This document shows, in pieces, positions 23,514-33,402 of a DNA stretch of 39,393 bases. The position numbers were made by a program, and so were the translations under genes. The DNA lies in IMG/VR virus record IMGVR_UViG_3300045988_068338; one strand, 5' to 3'. Under the pieces are notes generated by a model. It did no database searches. It was not told where the DNA came from and saw only the letters and a program-made list of their open reading frames with translations. Source of the DNA: a virus. How positions within the stretch are numbered: the stretch's first letter is position 1; each line of letters begins with the position of its first letter.

Positions 23514-26500
23514 ATGGCTTATACAAGCGTCAAAATATCGGCAGATTCGAGCAGTTATCAATCGCAAATGAAATCAGCAGCATCGCAGATGAAAGTCTTG
23601 TCTGCGGAATATACGACGGCAGCGACGAAAGCAAAGTTGTTCGGGTCGGAAACAGACAGCCTCAAGGCAAAAGCCGAATCGCTCACTCAAAAAATCACGG
23701 TGCAGAAAAACATCGTGAAATTGAACAGTGAGCAGCAGGAGAAGTTGACAAAGAAACTGTCAGACCAAAAGACAAAGCAAGAGGAACTCAAAACAAAGAT
23801 TGATGCTGCAAAAGAGGCTTATGAGAAATCGACAGCAGAGACCGGAAAGAACTCCGAACAGTCAAAGGCACTCAAAGAGGAACTTGACAAGTTAGAGAAA
23901 GAGTTTACTGCAAATGAGACAGCAATCGGAAAGACAGAGACCGCACTTGCAAATCAGACAGTAAAGACGGAAAAGTCAAAAACTGCTCTCATGAACATGG
24001 AGGCAGAACTAAAAAACGTTAATGACCAGTTGAAAGATAATAAACTTGAAAAATTTGCGACCGCTTGCGATACGGCGGGAACAAAGATGGAAAGTTTCGG
24101 AAAGAAAATGTCGGTTGTCTCTGCCGGAATTGCGGGCATTGGTGCAGCATCTATTGCAGCGTTCAAAGAACTCGACGAGGGATATGACACCATAGTGACA
24201 AAGACCGGAGCAACCGGAGAGGCACTTGAGGGATTGACAAAGTCTGCGGATAATGTTTTCGGCACAATGCCGGAGGATATGTCGACGGTAGGCGAGGCAA
24301 TCGGAGAAGTCAACACAAGATTCCATACAACAGGAACGGAACTTGAAAAGACCTCAAAACAGTTCATACAGTTTGCAACAATCAATGGAACAAACGTCAC
24401 ACAGTCAGTTGACCAAGTCGACAAAATCATGAAAGCGTGGAACGTGGATGCATCACAGACGGGAAACCTGTTAGGATTGCTCACGGCAAAGGCACAGGAA
24501 ACCGGAATCTCCGTTGACACACTTGAATCAAATGTACTTGATAACAACGCAGCGTTCAAAGAAATGGGTCTGTCATTGCCTCAAGCAATCAATTTGATGG
24601 CTCAATTCGATGCAAACGGTGTTGATTCAACTCAAGCAATGGCGGGTCTTAAAAAGGCATTACAGAACGCCACAGCAGAGGGGAAATCAATGGACGAGGC
24701 GTTGTCAGAGACCATCGGCAGCATCAAGAACGCAAAAACAGAGACCGAGGCGATGCAGATTGCAACGGAACTGTTTGGAAAGAAAGGTGCAGCAGAAATG
24801 ACAAAGGCGATTCGTGAGAATCGAATCGACCTCACCAGTCTGTCGTCATCAATGGAGGAATACGGAACGACGGTCGAGGACACCTACAACGGAACTCTCG
24901 ACCCGATTGATAATGCAAAAGTTGCGATGAACAACGCAAAACTGGCATTGTCGACACTGGCATCCACAGCACAGACATCCGCAGCACCTATGATTGAGAA
25001 ACTGACCGGAAAGATTCAAGAGTTGACAAAGTGGTTCACGTCGCTCTCTCCGGCACAGCAAGAAACAATCCTCAAGGTCGGTCTTGTGGTCGCTGCTATC
25101 GGTCCGTTGTCAATCGGATTCGGAAAAGTGGCAAAGGGAATCTCTGACACGGTAACGACCGGACAGAAATTTGTTTCCGGTGCTGCGAAAATCATTGCAA
25201 AGATAACAGCAAAGACAGCAGCCACGGCAGCAGGAACGGCAGCAGATACGGCAGGAACAGCAGCCACGGCAGCACACACGGCAGCTACAACAGCAGCCAC
25301 GGCGACGACCGGAGGAATGACGGTAGCACAGACGGCACTCAATGCAGTTATGAACTTGTGTCCGATTATTTTGATTGTGACACTGATTGCCGGACTGATT
25401 GCAGCAGGTGTCGCACTATATAAAAATTGGGATAAAGTCAAAGAAAAACTGTCCGAATTGTGGGGCAACATCAAAGAAAAATTCAATGCAATCAAAGAGA
25501 CCATCACGGGAGCATTCACGAAAGCGAAAGAGGCGGTCACGAATAAGGTCAAGGAAATCGGCGACAACATAAAAAACAGCACAATAGGACAAGCTGCATC
25601 GAAAGTATTCAACGGCGTAAAGGACACGGTTCACAATGTCATGTCGGCAGCGACCGAAACGGCAAAGGAAAAACTGGGGAACATGAAAACCGCCTATGAA
25701 GAAAACGGAGGCGGTATCAAGGGCGTTGTTGCTGCCGGATGGGAGGGAATCAAAGGATATTATTCAGCAGGATTTACATTCGTTGATAATTTATCCGGAG
25801 GAAAACTCTCTGAAATCAAATCAAAATTCTCTGAAAAGACATCGGAAATCAAAACAAAAGTTTCCGAGGGTTGGGAGAATATGAAAACCTCCGTCACAAC
25901 AAAAATGACGGAATGGAAAACCAATGCATCAAACAAACTGAATGAAATAAAGACGAATTTCTCAACAAAGGTTTCAGACATCAAGTCCAATGTTTCGACA
26001 GGTTGGGAGAATATGAAAACCACGGTCACGAATAAAATGACCGAATGGAAAAACAATGCATCGAATAAATTGACGGAAATCAAGTCCGGATTCTCCTCAA
26101 AAGTTTCGGAGATAAAAACGAAATGGTCAACGGATTTCACGAATATAAAGGACAAGGCAACCTCACTCATGGAGACGGCAAAGTCCAATGTGTCAACGAA
26201 ACTAAACAACATGAAATCCGCATACAGTGAAAAAGGCGGGGGAATCAAGGGAATCGTGTCTGCTACATTCACAGGCGTAAAGGACACGATGAACTCTCTC
26301 ATGGGTACGGCGAACACTCTGACGGGTGGAAAACTCGACAGTATCAAGTCGGCGTTTTCCTCAAAAATGGGAGCAGCAAAGTCAACCGTGTCATCGGTGC
26401 TTGACGACATCAAGGGTGCATTTTCGTCAAAATTAGAAAGTGCAAAGTCTACTGTTTCGAGCGTGATTGAGAAAATCAAGGGCGTGTTCAATTTCAAGTG

Positions 26501-26879
26501 GTCATTGCCACATTTGAACCTCCCACACATCAGTGTAAACGGAGGAAAAGCACCATACGGAATCGGAGGAAAAGGTTCACTCCCGTCATTCTCGATTGAA
26601 TGGTACAAAAACGGCGGTATCATGACGAATCCGACCGTGTTCGGAATCAACGGAAACAGTCTCATGGTAGGAGGCGAGGCAGGAGACGAGGCAATATTGC
26701 CTCTTGCGGAATTTTACAACAAATTGAACAGCATCCTTGACAAGAAACTGGATGCAGTACAGAAATCGCAAGTTGTGTATGTAACGAATCACACATACAT
26801 TGACGGCGACGAAATAGCAAGCAGAACCGTGTCAAAGGTTGATGCGGAAATGGTAATAAATAAGCGAAAAGGGAGGTAA
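23514..26879 (+). CDS. Tape measure protein
   Basis: 1121 aa. Coiled-coil N-terminus, Ala/Thr-rich and hydrophobic central segment, internal 44-aa tandem repeats. Largest gene in the tail module. Confidence 0.95.
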   Translation: MAYTSVKISADSSSYQSQMKSAASQMKVLSAEYTTAATKAKLFGSETDSLKAKAESLTQKITVQKNIVKLNSEQQEKLTKKLSDQKTKQEELKTKIDAAKEAYEKSTAETGKNSEQSKALKEELDKLEKEFTANETAIGKTETALANQTVKTEKSKTALMNMEAELKNVNDQLKDNKLEKFATACDTAGTKMESFGKKMSVVSAGIAGIGAASIAAFKELDEGYDTIVTKTGATGEALEGLTKSADNVFGTMPEDMSTVGEAIGEVNTRFHTTGTELEKTSKQFIQFATINGTNVTQSVDQVDKIMKAWNVDASQTGNLLGLLTAKAQETGISVDTLESNVLDNNAAFKEMGLSLPQAINLMAQFDANGVDSTQAMAGLKKALQNATAEGKSMDEALSETIGSIKNAKTETEAMQIATELFGKKGAAEMTKAIRENRIDLTSLSSSMEEYGTTVEDTYNGTLDPIDNAKVAMNNAKLALSTLASTAQTSAAPMIEKLTGKIQELTKWFTSLSPAQQETILKVGLVVAAIGPLSIGFGKVAKGISDTVTTGQKFVSGAAKIIAKITAKTAATAAGTAADTAGTAATAAHTAATTAATATTGGMTVAQTALNAVMNLCPIILIVTLIAGLIAAGVALYKNWDKVKEKLSELWGNIKEKFNAIKETITGAFTKAKEAVTNKVKEIGDNIKNSTIGQAASKVFNGVKDTVHNVMSAATETAKEKLGNMKTAYEENGGGIKGVVAAGWEGIKGYYSAGFTFVDNLSGGKLSEIKSKFSEKTSEIKTKVSEGWENMKTSVTTKMTEWKTNASNKLNEIKTNFSTKVSDIKSNVSTGWENMKTTVTNKMTEWKNNASNKLTEIKSGFSSKVSEIKTKWSTDFTNIKDKATSLMETAKSNVSTKLNNMKSAYSEKGGGIKGIVSATFTGVKDTMNSLMGTANTLTGGKLDSIKSAFSSKMGAAKSTVSSVLDDIKGAFSSKLESAKSTVSSVIEKIKGVFNFKWSLPHLNLPHISVNGGKAPYGIGGKGSLPSFSIEWYKNGGIMTNPTVFGINGNSLMVGGEAGDEAILPLAEFYNKLNSILDKKLDAVQKSQVVYVTNHTYIDGDEIASRTVSKVDAEMVINKRKGR
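25803..26130 (+). repeat. About 2.5 tandem copies of a 132-bp (44-aa) unit inside the tape measure gene
   Basis: GGTTGGGAGAATATGAAAACC recurs at 25869 and 26001. Unit boundaries fall at the AAA-CTN codons at 25803, 25935 and 26067. Confidence 0.85.
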
Positions 26880-26888
26880 AACAGGGCG

Positions 26889-27587
26889 ATGAAAATAAAC
26901 GGAATAGACATCAAGAAATACGATGCAAAGCAGTTGACCGCCGATGTGCAGCCTCCCTCTTTTTCAAATTCTTATGAATGGCTGACGAGTGCAGCACTGC
27001 CGACGGAATTTGAGACAGAGGTTCAGATGGGTCATTTGAAACTGTCAATATATTTCAAAGGCAAGGACAGGAACAACATCATCCGTGCTGCATCGGAGTT
27101 CATGAGCAATTTCACAAAGGCTTGCAAGATGGAACTCGACGGCTACAAAGGAACATACATCGGATTCATCACAACAAATGACTACGAAAAAAAGAATGTA
27201 AAACAGAGATACATTGTAAACCTCGAATTTGACGGCTTTTTCGTCGATGACGACCTCTCAATCACATTCGACGGGAAAACCTCTGCATCGTTCTATAAAG
27301 TGGGTACAAGAGACGCTCCGTGCGTTGTGGAGGTATATGCAAAGAGTGCCTTGACGAATTACACAATCACCGGACTGGGAGAGGATGACATCATCATTGA
27401 GAGTTTGGCAGCAGGAAAGACGGTTGTGATAGATGCAAAGACAGGACTTGTGACAATCGACGGGGCAAATGCATTCGACAAGGTGAACATGTGGACGTTT
27501 CCGGTATTAAAGACCGGAGAAACAGCACTCACATTCTCCAACACAAAGGCGAGAGTGACTATCAGATACACGCCTATGTGGATTTAG
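26889..27587 (+). CDS. Distal tail protein (Dit)
   Basis: 232 aa, immediately after the tape measure gene. Confidence 0.8.
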   Translation: MKINGIDIKKYDAKQLTADVQPPSFSNSYEWLTSAALPTEFETEVQMGHLKLSIYFKGKDRNNIIRAASEFMSNFTKACKMELDGYKGTYIGFITTNDYEKKNVKQRYIVNLEFDGFFVDDDLSITFDGKTSASFYKVGTRDAPCVVEVYAKSALTNYTITGLGEDDIIIESLAAGKTVVIDAKTGLVTIDGANAFDKVNMWTFPVLKTGETALTFSNTKARVTIRYTPMWI

Positions 27588-27590
27588 GAG

Positions 27591-29870
27591 GTGAGAACAT
27601 TGCAGATTTTTAATGACAAAAAGAAAAGAATCGGAACATTGTCCGGATTCAAGGACAGGGAAATCACCACGACACTGGATTCCGGAGACAAAGAGTTGTC
27701 GTTCAGTTATCCGGCAGCGGGAGCGTTGGTCGACTTGCTAAAAGAAGAATACTATATACGAACCAAAACGGACGAATTTGTTCTCAAAGCGGTCGAAAAA
27801 GGTGAACAGTTCAACAAATACACAGCCGTCCTCAATGTGGAGGAATTGGAGGGAACGCCGTTCCCGTATGGCTTTGAATCGAATGAACAAACAATCAAAG
27901 CGTGTCTTGAGTTTGCATTCGAGGGTACGGGATGGCATGTCGGAACATGCACGGTAAAAAAGAAAAGAACTATTGACGAGCAGGAGAGTGTCACGGCATG
28001 GGATGTCCTGCAAAAGTGCCTCACAACATACCGCTGCGAGTGTATCATCCATTCACTGACAAAGACAATCGACATATATGACCGGATAGGCAGCGACAAA
28101 GGGTGCTATTTCATGGAGGGGTTGAACCTCCGGAAAATATCATTGAAATCGGACACATACGATTTTTACACAAGAATCTATCCGATAGGCAAGGACGGCA
28201 TCACACCGGAGTGGATGACCGGAAAAGATTACATCGACAATTTTCAGTATAGTTCCAAAATCAAGGCGTATGTTTGGAAAGACGAAAGATATACCAATAC
28301 CACAAGTCTGATTGAGGATGCGACAGCAAAGATTGAGGAAATGTCAAGACCATACAAGGCATACACCGCAGAGGTGGTTGACCTTGCGAAAGCATCAGAG
28401 GAATACAAAGACATTCTCTCATACGGAATCGGAGATACAGTCACGCTTGTGTCAAAGAAAACGAGGACGAGGGAAAAGCAGAGGATTGTCAAAATCACAG
28501 AATATCCGGAATCGCCGGAAAAGAACACGGTTGAGATTTCCAATGCGAGAAAGACATTCGCAGAGATTCAGAAAGAGGAGACGGCAGCAGCCACAGAGGA
28601 GGCGGTCTCCATCTCCAACAGGGCAACCAAGAAAGTCCTTGAGAACTATTCGACCACGGAGGAGATTGAAACCAAAATCACGGCATCGAAAGAGGCAGTC
28701 GAGGCAGGTGTTGCCTACACTCTGAAAAATTATTATACATCCGTGCAGATGGATTCCTTGATAAAAGCCACAAAAGAGGAGATTTCTCAAGAGGTAAAGC
28801 ATGTTGAGGAAAACTCAATGCACAACTATGTTGTGAATGGAGATTTTTCAAACGGACTTGATGATAATTGGTACAACAGCAATGAGACGAACAATGCCGT
28901 GATGGATGTGTCCGGATTGGGAACGGTTGCGAAGATTTTGAAAACATCAACGACCAGTTCCTATATACGGCAAACACTGGGAAAGTTACCTGCGGGAACG
29001 TACCGTGTGAGATATAAGGCAGCAACAGCAGCAGGGTACGAAAACACGGCAAGGGTGCAGGTGGGGGCGTTGGGAAGTTATTCAACGACATCCTCCGGAA
29101 CGCTAAAGAGCAAAGAGTTCACGACGATTGAACGTGAAATCACGGTATCAGAGGGAACGAAATATATTTACATTTACGCATACACACAGAACGCACCCGT
29201 GTATATCACAGATATTGAGGTATTAGGATTGTATTCATTGTATGCGGATGCAAAGATTCAAGTGACTGCGGAGGAAATAACCTCCGAGGTCAACAAAAAA
29301 GTGAACAGCGATGATTTCGGAACACTAATCACACAGAACGCATACAATGTCCGAGTTGCATTCAATAACGGCAGTTCGTACATGCAGTTTGATTCAACCG
29401 GAATCACGATGTACACAGGAACTATCACAGACAACACAAAAAGAACTCGATTCGATTACAACGGCGAGCATTTTTACCGTGACGGAAATTATGTCGGAAA
29501 AATTGGAACGAATACCATGAAAGACAATGACAGTCAGAGAGGACTTGTATTCGATATTGAGTACAACACTGCATATATGTCATGGTCAAATAAAGAATCA
29601 CAGAATGCAGATGTGTACACGATGAAATGGTCGTACTGCACACAGCAGTGTGGAAATTACGAGGCAAATATGCTACATGCGGGAGCGGACATCAACATGC
29701 ATTTCTTCACATTAAGGAATGTAAGTTTTGAGGATGGCTCAATAAGTGGAACACTAACATTCAAACAACCTTTAGAAGTAGGCAGCGACGGGAAACTTGC
29801 AAAGTGGTCAACGGCGACGCTTGAGTTCAAAAGAGGAATATTAGTGTCCGGAACATGGAGCAATGGATAA
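27591..29870 (+). CDS. Tail-associated protein (Tal-like) with C-terminal carbohydrate-binding-like domain
   Basis: 759 aa. The true start may be TTG 27600, 6 nt after GGAGGTG. Tal-like N-terminal region, central coiled coil, then NYVVNGDFSNGLDDNW beta-sandwich-like module. Confidence 0.8.
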   Translation: MRTLQIFNDKKKRIGTLSGFKDREITTTLDSGDKELSFSYPAAGALVDLLKEEYYIRTKTDEFVLKAVEKGEQFNKYTAVLNVEELEGTPFPYGFESNEQTIKACLEFAFEGTGWHVGTCTVKKKRTIDEQESVTAWDVLQKCLTTYRCECIIHSLTKTIDIYDRIGSDKGCYFMEGLNLRKISLKSDTYDFYTRIYPIGKDGITPEWMTGKDYIDNFQYSSKIKAYVWKDERYTNTTSLIEDATAKIEEMSRPYKAYTAEVVDLAKASEEYKDILSYGIGDTVTLVSKKTRTREKQRIVKITEYPESPEKNTVEISNARKTFAEIQKEETAAATEEAVSISNRATKKVLENYSTTEEIETKITASKEAVEAGVAYTLKNYYTSVQMDSLIKATKEEISQEVKHVEENSMHNYVVNGDFSNGLDDNWYNSNETNNAVMDVSGLGTVAKILKTSTTSSYIRQTLGKLPAGTYRVRYKAATAAGYENTARVQVGALGSYSTTSSGTLKSKEFTTIEREITVSEGTKYIYIYAYTQNAPVYITDIEVLGLYSLYADAKIQVTAEEITSEVNKKVNSDDFGTLITQNAYNVRVAFNNGSSYMQFDSTGITMYTGTITDNTKRTRFDYNGEHFYRDGNYVGKIGTNTMKDNDSQRGLVFDIEYNTAYMSWSNKESQNADVYTMKWSYCTQQCGNYEANMLHAGADINMHFFTLRNVSFEDGSISGTLTFKQPLEVGSDGKLAKWSTATLEFKRGILVSGTWSNG

Positions 29871-29886
29871 AACAGGAGGAAAAGAA

Positions 29887-30117
29887 ATGCAGATGAATGA
29901 CGAAAATATTCAGACAGAGGAAGTCAAACGAGCAGCAGAACCGGAGTACAAAATTCCGGAAGATGCTGCCGACAACTCAAGACCAAACGAGACAGCAGAG
30001 GTTGTGACAAGAGAATCAGCAGAGGAGACAAACACGGAACTCTTGCAGAGCATCGACAAGAAACTTGACATGCTACTTGCAGCACAAACAGCAACACAGA
30101 CGGCAAAGGAGGAATAA
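29887..30117 (+). CDS. Hypothetical acidic protein (76 aa)
   Basis: Start moved to ATG 29887 (MQMNDEN), which follows AGGAGGAAAAGAA. Confidence 0.5.
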   Translation: MQMNDENIQTEEVKRAAEPEYKIPEDAADNSRPNETAEVVTRESAEETNTELLQSIDKKLDMLLAAQTATQTAKEE

Positions 30118-30119
30118 TC

Positions 30120-30413
30120 ATGAATACACCGATTGCAGTGAGAATTGAATGTGCAAAGGGAGAAATCCTCAATGCTATGGAGACGATACAGAAAAGACAT
30201 GCATTGCCTCCGTGCATCATGGACGGAGTTTTGTCCTCCGTACTAGCAGAGGTAAGGAGCGAGGCAAAGATTGAACTCATAAACTCCACAAATACAATGA
30301 TGGCAGAAAAAAATGAGGAACTTGAAAAGGCAAAGAAAGCAGCAAAGAGAGTTCTGAAAACAGAACCGGACGAGGAGCAGGAACAGGACACACAGGAGAA
30401 TCCGGAAGAATAA
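30120..30413 (+). CDS. Hypothetical protein (97 aa)
   Basis: Tightly packed after the previous ORF. RBS AAGGAGG. Confidence 0.6.
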   Translation: MNTPIAVRIECAKGEILNAMETIQKRHALPPCIMDGVLSSVLAEVRSEAKIELINSTNTMMAEKNEELEKAKKAAKRVLKTEPDEEQEQDTQENPEE

Positions 30414-30441
30414 ACAATAAACACCGAGAGGAGGTGAGAGC

Positions 30442-31503
30442 ATGGCAGCGTTGACAAAATTGACGACGAACATCAATCTTGAGATGTCCGGAGACACTAA
30501 AAGATATTTAGTATCAGCAAAGCAGGGAGACAAGGCAACACGATTCATCATCGCAAGGCTGCTCAACAACGGCGAACCGTACACAATCCCGACAGGGGCA
30601 AGAGCAGTCATCAACATTACAAAACCGGACGGAAAACATGTATATAACACATGTTCATATTCCGGTTCGGATGTGACAGTCGAATTGACAAATCAAGCAC
30701 TTGCAGCCTCCGGAACGGCGTATTGCGACATTGAAATCCGGACGAGTGACGATTCACAGGTTATCACATCCGCATCATTCACAATAGAGATTGAACCGTC
30801 ACAGAGGAACGACAATGCGATTCTATCAGCGAATGAGTTCACAGAACTTGAGAACCGTGTCAAGGGTCACATTGAGAGTATTGACAGCACGAATGAGGCA
30901 GTCAAGAAAGCGGAACAGGCAAGAGTGACCGCAGAAAATGCGAGAGTAAAAGCAGAACAGGCAAGAGCGAACGCAGAGAATAATCGACAGCAGAATGAAA
31001 ACACCCGCATCCAACAGGAGCAGCAGAGGCAGCAGGACACCTCACAGGCGGTCAAGAATACGAACGATGCAACGGATGAATCCAAGAGGGCGACAACAGC
31101 CTGCAAAGAGGTCACAGAGCGGGCAGAGGACGCATTGCAGAATCAAGAGCAGCTTGAGGCGACATTGAACACGGCGACACAGATTCGACAGGATGTGTCA
31201 CAGATGCAGACAGCAGTTGCAGAGGCAAAGAAACAGGTCGAGCAGGACAAAAAGGATATTGATGACACGATTCAAAATTCACTGCTTGCATCAGCAGAGA
31301 AAATACTTGAGAGTGTGCAGGACTATTTCAACCGTGCAGAGGCGTTATATTCGAGCATGTATCTTGATTGTGACGGAGAAACGCCGTATCTGCGAACGGT
31401 GACACCAGTATTCATTGACGGAGCAACGCCACAGGTCAGAAATGCGAATGAGGGCGTTGATTTTGACGGAGGAACGCCGACCTCCCGACAATTAGCAGTA
31501 TAA
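30442..31503 (+). CDS. BppU-like baseplate/fibre protein with long coiled coil
   Basis: N-terminal BppU_N-like pattern (SAKQGDKATRFIIARLLNNGEPYTIPTGARAVINITKPDG...GTAYCDIEI), then a Gln/Glu/Ala-rich coiled coil. Confidence 0.75.
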   Translation: MAALTKLTTNINLEMSGDTKRYLVSAKQGDKATRFIIARLLNNGEPYTIPTGARAVINITKPDGKHVYNTCSYSGSDVTVELTNQALAASGTAYCDIEIRTSDDSQVITSASFTIEIEPSQRNDNAILSANEFTELENRVKGHIESIDSTNEAVKKAEQARVTAENARVKAEQARANAENNRQQNENTRIQQEQQRQQDTSQAVKNTNDATDESKRATTACKEVTERAEDALQNQEQLEATLNTATQIRQDVSQMQTAVAEAKKQVEQDKKDIDDTIQNSLLASAEKILESVQDYFNRAEALYSSMYLDCDGETPYLRTVTPVFIDGATPQVRNANEGVDFDGGTPTSRQLAV

Positions 31504-31593
31504 TTCCATGATACTGGAAACAGACGGCGAAACGAACACAAAGGAGTGATTGTGTGATATATTCCATAATCACGGAGCAAAGGAGGTTGAACA

Positions 31594-32025
31594 ATGGCAG
31601 CAATCAGACCATGCACCGGAACAACGGCAGACTGGAAAGCAGTTGAGGACACTCTGATTCTCAAAGAAAGAGAAATCGGAGTTGAGATTGACACATCCGG
31701 TCATTATCAAATCAGACAGGGAGATGGTAAAAAGAAATTCTTTGACCTGCCGATTATCGTCAACAATGCCCGTTATGAGGAAATACTGACATTGACACAG
31801 GGATATATGAACACCGTGAACAATTTCAGCAAGAACATGACAGAGGCGACGAACAGTGCAAACGGTGCAGCAACAACGGCAAACAATGCAGCGTCGACAG
31901 CAAGTGCAGCAGCAAAAGCGTGTCAAGGCATTGTGAACGGTCTCAACACTATGGTTGACACCGTCACAAAGAAATCATGTGTCCTCACGGTTGAGGATGG
32001 AATTTTGACGATAAGGGAGGCGTAA
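31594..32025 (+). CDS. Small fibre protein with Mtd_N-like N-terminal motif
   Basis: GTTADWKAVEDTLILKEREIGVEIDT...GDGKKKFFDLP resembles the R.GT.A.W......L..GE.G.E.DT...K.GDG...W..LP motif of the major tropism determinant N-terminal domain and of fibre proteins. Confidence 0.55.
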   Translation: MAAIRPCTGTTADWKAVEDTLILKEREIGVEIDTSGHYQIRQGDGKKKFFDLPIIVNNARYEEILTLTQGYMNTVNNFSKNMTEATNSANGAATTANNAASTASAAAKACQGIVNGLNTMVDTVTKKSCVLTVEDGILTIREA

Positions 32026-32028
32026 AAA

Positions 32029-33324
32029 ATGGCAAGTGGAGACTTGATTGTAAAAGTAGCAGACAAAGACACACTCGACCGCACATATGCGAATACAAAC
32101 GCTATACTGGCAGCAGTCGGGGAAGATGTAAGAATAAAGGGTGTAAAGCGTTACGGAATGAAAATCAACAAAAATGACAGCAATCCGGCGACACGATGCA
32201 CATATCTTTTCGATGCAGTGGGAATGACACCAGCTGCGATGAATTATTCTGCCGGACGGTTCGATTTTGGAGACTGGGGAAACGTCTTTTTTGTAAAGAA
32301 CAATTATCCGGCAATGGTCAAATATGACGGTACAGAAGATTATAAACTCGACCCGAACGACCACACAAAGAAAGCAGACGGAAAAACGGCATCCGATGTC
32401 TCAAACACGGCATACGGAGGAAATGCAATGAGTGTATTCGATGGCAGCGGTGACAAGGGCAAGATTTGGCTCTCACAGTTTGAAGTCGGAAACTATGAGT
32501 ACATGATTATTTCAAACGTCCAGTACGATGAATCATACAACGATGACGCATATGTCAGAGAGGACGGTTCACATGCGGACAAACTCTATTTCCCGATGTT
32601 CGGCGGTTCGTATGATGGAACACGCATCCGCTCACTTGCAGGACAAGCACTCATGTATAACACAAACGCATCAACAGAGATTGCAAGAGCAAAGGCAAAC
32701 GGTGCGGGATGGAATATCGGCTCATGGAGCAAACGAAACCTGTTGAATTGTATGCTCAAGATTATGTCAAAGACAGACAATTCACAGACTGCATTCGGAC
32801 AGGGTCAAACATCCGGATATGTGAACGACGCATCACAGAATTACGGGCATCTTGCAACCGGAACACTCAAGGACAAAGGACAGTTTTTCGGATATAACGA
32901 CACAACACATGAGGTCAAAGTGTTCTACATGGAAAAACCGTGGGGCAACCGTTGGGATAGAATCAACGGTCTGTTGATGGTAGGCGGTGAAATCCTTGCA
33001 AAGATGAAACCACCGTACAATCTGACAGGAAAGGACTTTGAAAAGGTCGGAATCACATTCGCATCATCCGGCAACGGTTATCAGAAAGGAACAAAGTCAA
33101 GCAGATTCGGACGCATTGTCAATTCAATAGGTGGCAGCAGTAGCACATACACATGTGACTATTTTTGGTGGAATGCCGGAATTACTGCGGTCGCCCTTGT
33201 CGGCGGTAGCTGTAGCGCTGGCGAGGGCTGCGGTGCGGATTACTTGAGTTTGGACAATTCTGCGGGCGCTGCGAGCTGGGGCATCGGTGCGTCCGTTTTC
33301 TTAGAACAGCCTATCGCTGCGTAA
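32029..33324 (+). CDS. DGR target protein: fibre-tip receptor-binding protein with C-terminal variable region (C-type-lectin/Mtd-like)
   Basis: 431 aa. Codons 386-425 form the VR, which is homologous to the downstream TR. The C-terminus ...YFWWNAG...GGSCSAGEGCGADYLSLDNSAGAASWGIGAS has the layout typical of CLec-fold DGR targets. Confidence 0.9.
   Translation: MASGDLIVKVADKDTLDRTYANTNAILAAVGEDVRIKGVKRYGMKINKNDSNPATRCTYLFDAVGMTPAAMNYSAGRFDFGDWGNVFFVKNNYPAMVKYDGTEDYKLDPNDHTKKADGKTASDVSNTAYGGNAMSVFDGSGDKGKIWLSQFEVGNYEYMIISNVQYDESYNDDAYVREDGSHADKLYFPMFGGSYDGTRIRSLAGQALMYNTNASTEIARAKANGAGWNIGSWSKRNLLNCMLKIMSKTDNSQTAFGQGQTSGYVNDASQNYGHLATGTLKDKGQFFGYNDTTHEVKVFYMEKPWGNRWDRINGLLMVGGEILAKMKPPYNLTGKDFEKVGITFASSGNGYQKGTKSSRFGRIVNSIGGSSSTYTCDYFWWNAGITAVALVGGSCSAGEGCGADYLSLDNSAGAASWGIGASVFLEQPIAA
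33185..33302 (+). repeat. DGR variable repeat (VR)
   Basis: 118-nt ungapped match to 33446-33563. The 15 mismatches all lie opposite TR adenines. Confidence 0.93.
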
Positions 33325-33340
33325 GCAGCAGGGGGAGGAA

Positions 33341-33379
33341 CGGAGGGGGAACGCCTCCGCTATTCCCGCCGTTAGGCGG
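33341..33379 (+). promoter_or_regulatory. Two GC-rich hairpins just downstream of the target gene stop
   Basis: CGGAGG (33341-46) pairs with CCTCCG (33354-59). CCGCC (33366-70), GTTA loop, GGCGG (33375-79). A T5 run lies 9 nt further on. Confidence 0.5.
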
Positions 33380-33402
33380 TGTGGTCGTTTTTAGAAAAAT
33401 GA

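Noticed and set aside
25200-26130. Regularly spaced repeats that might suggest a CRISPR array or satellite
   Set aside because: The repeats are in frame within the tape measure ORF (GCAGCCACGGCAGCA-type Ala/Thr codons and 132-bp units). Nothing resembles a short palindromic repeat alternating with unique spacers, and no cas genes are present.
23954-26665. Long antisense ORFs inside the tape measure gene (23954..24559, 25016..25627, 25760..26665) and inside the capsid gene (19375..20070)
   Set aside because: They lie entirely within well-supported plus-strand structural genes and have no RBS. Their products are low-complexity and Ser/Phe/Val-rich, as expected for the antisense frames of purine-rich coding strands.
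28312-28725. 137-aa Arg/Lys/Gln-rich alternative-frame ORF inside the Tal gene, with similar out-of-frame ORFs at 10361..10612, 22325..22621 and 38202..38387
   Set aside because: These are out-of-frame readings of purine-rich coding sequence within confident genes, with no RBS. The extreme basic low-complexity composition is typical of such artefacts.
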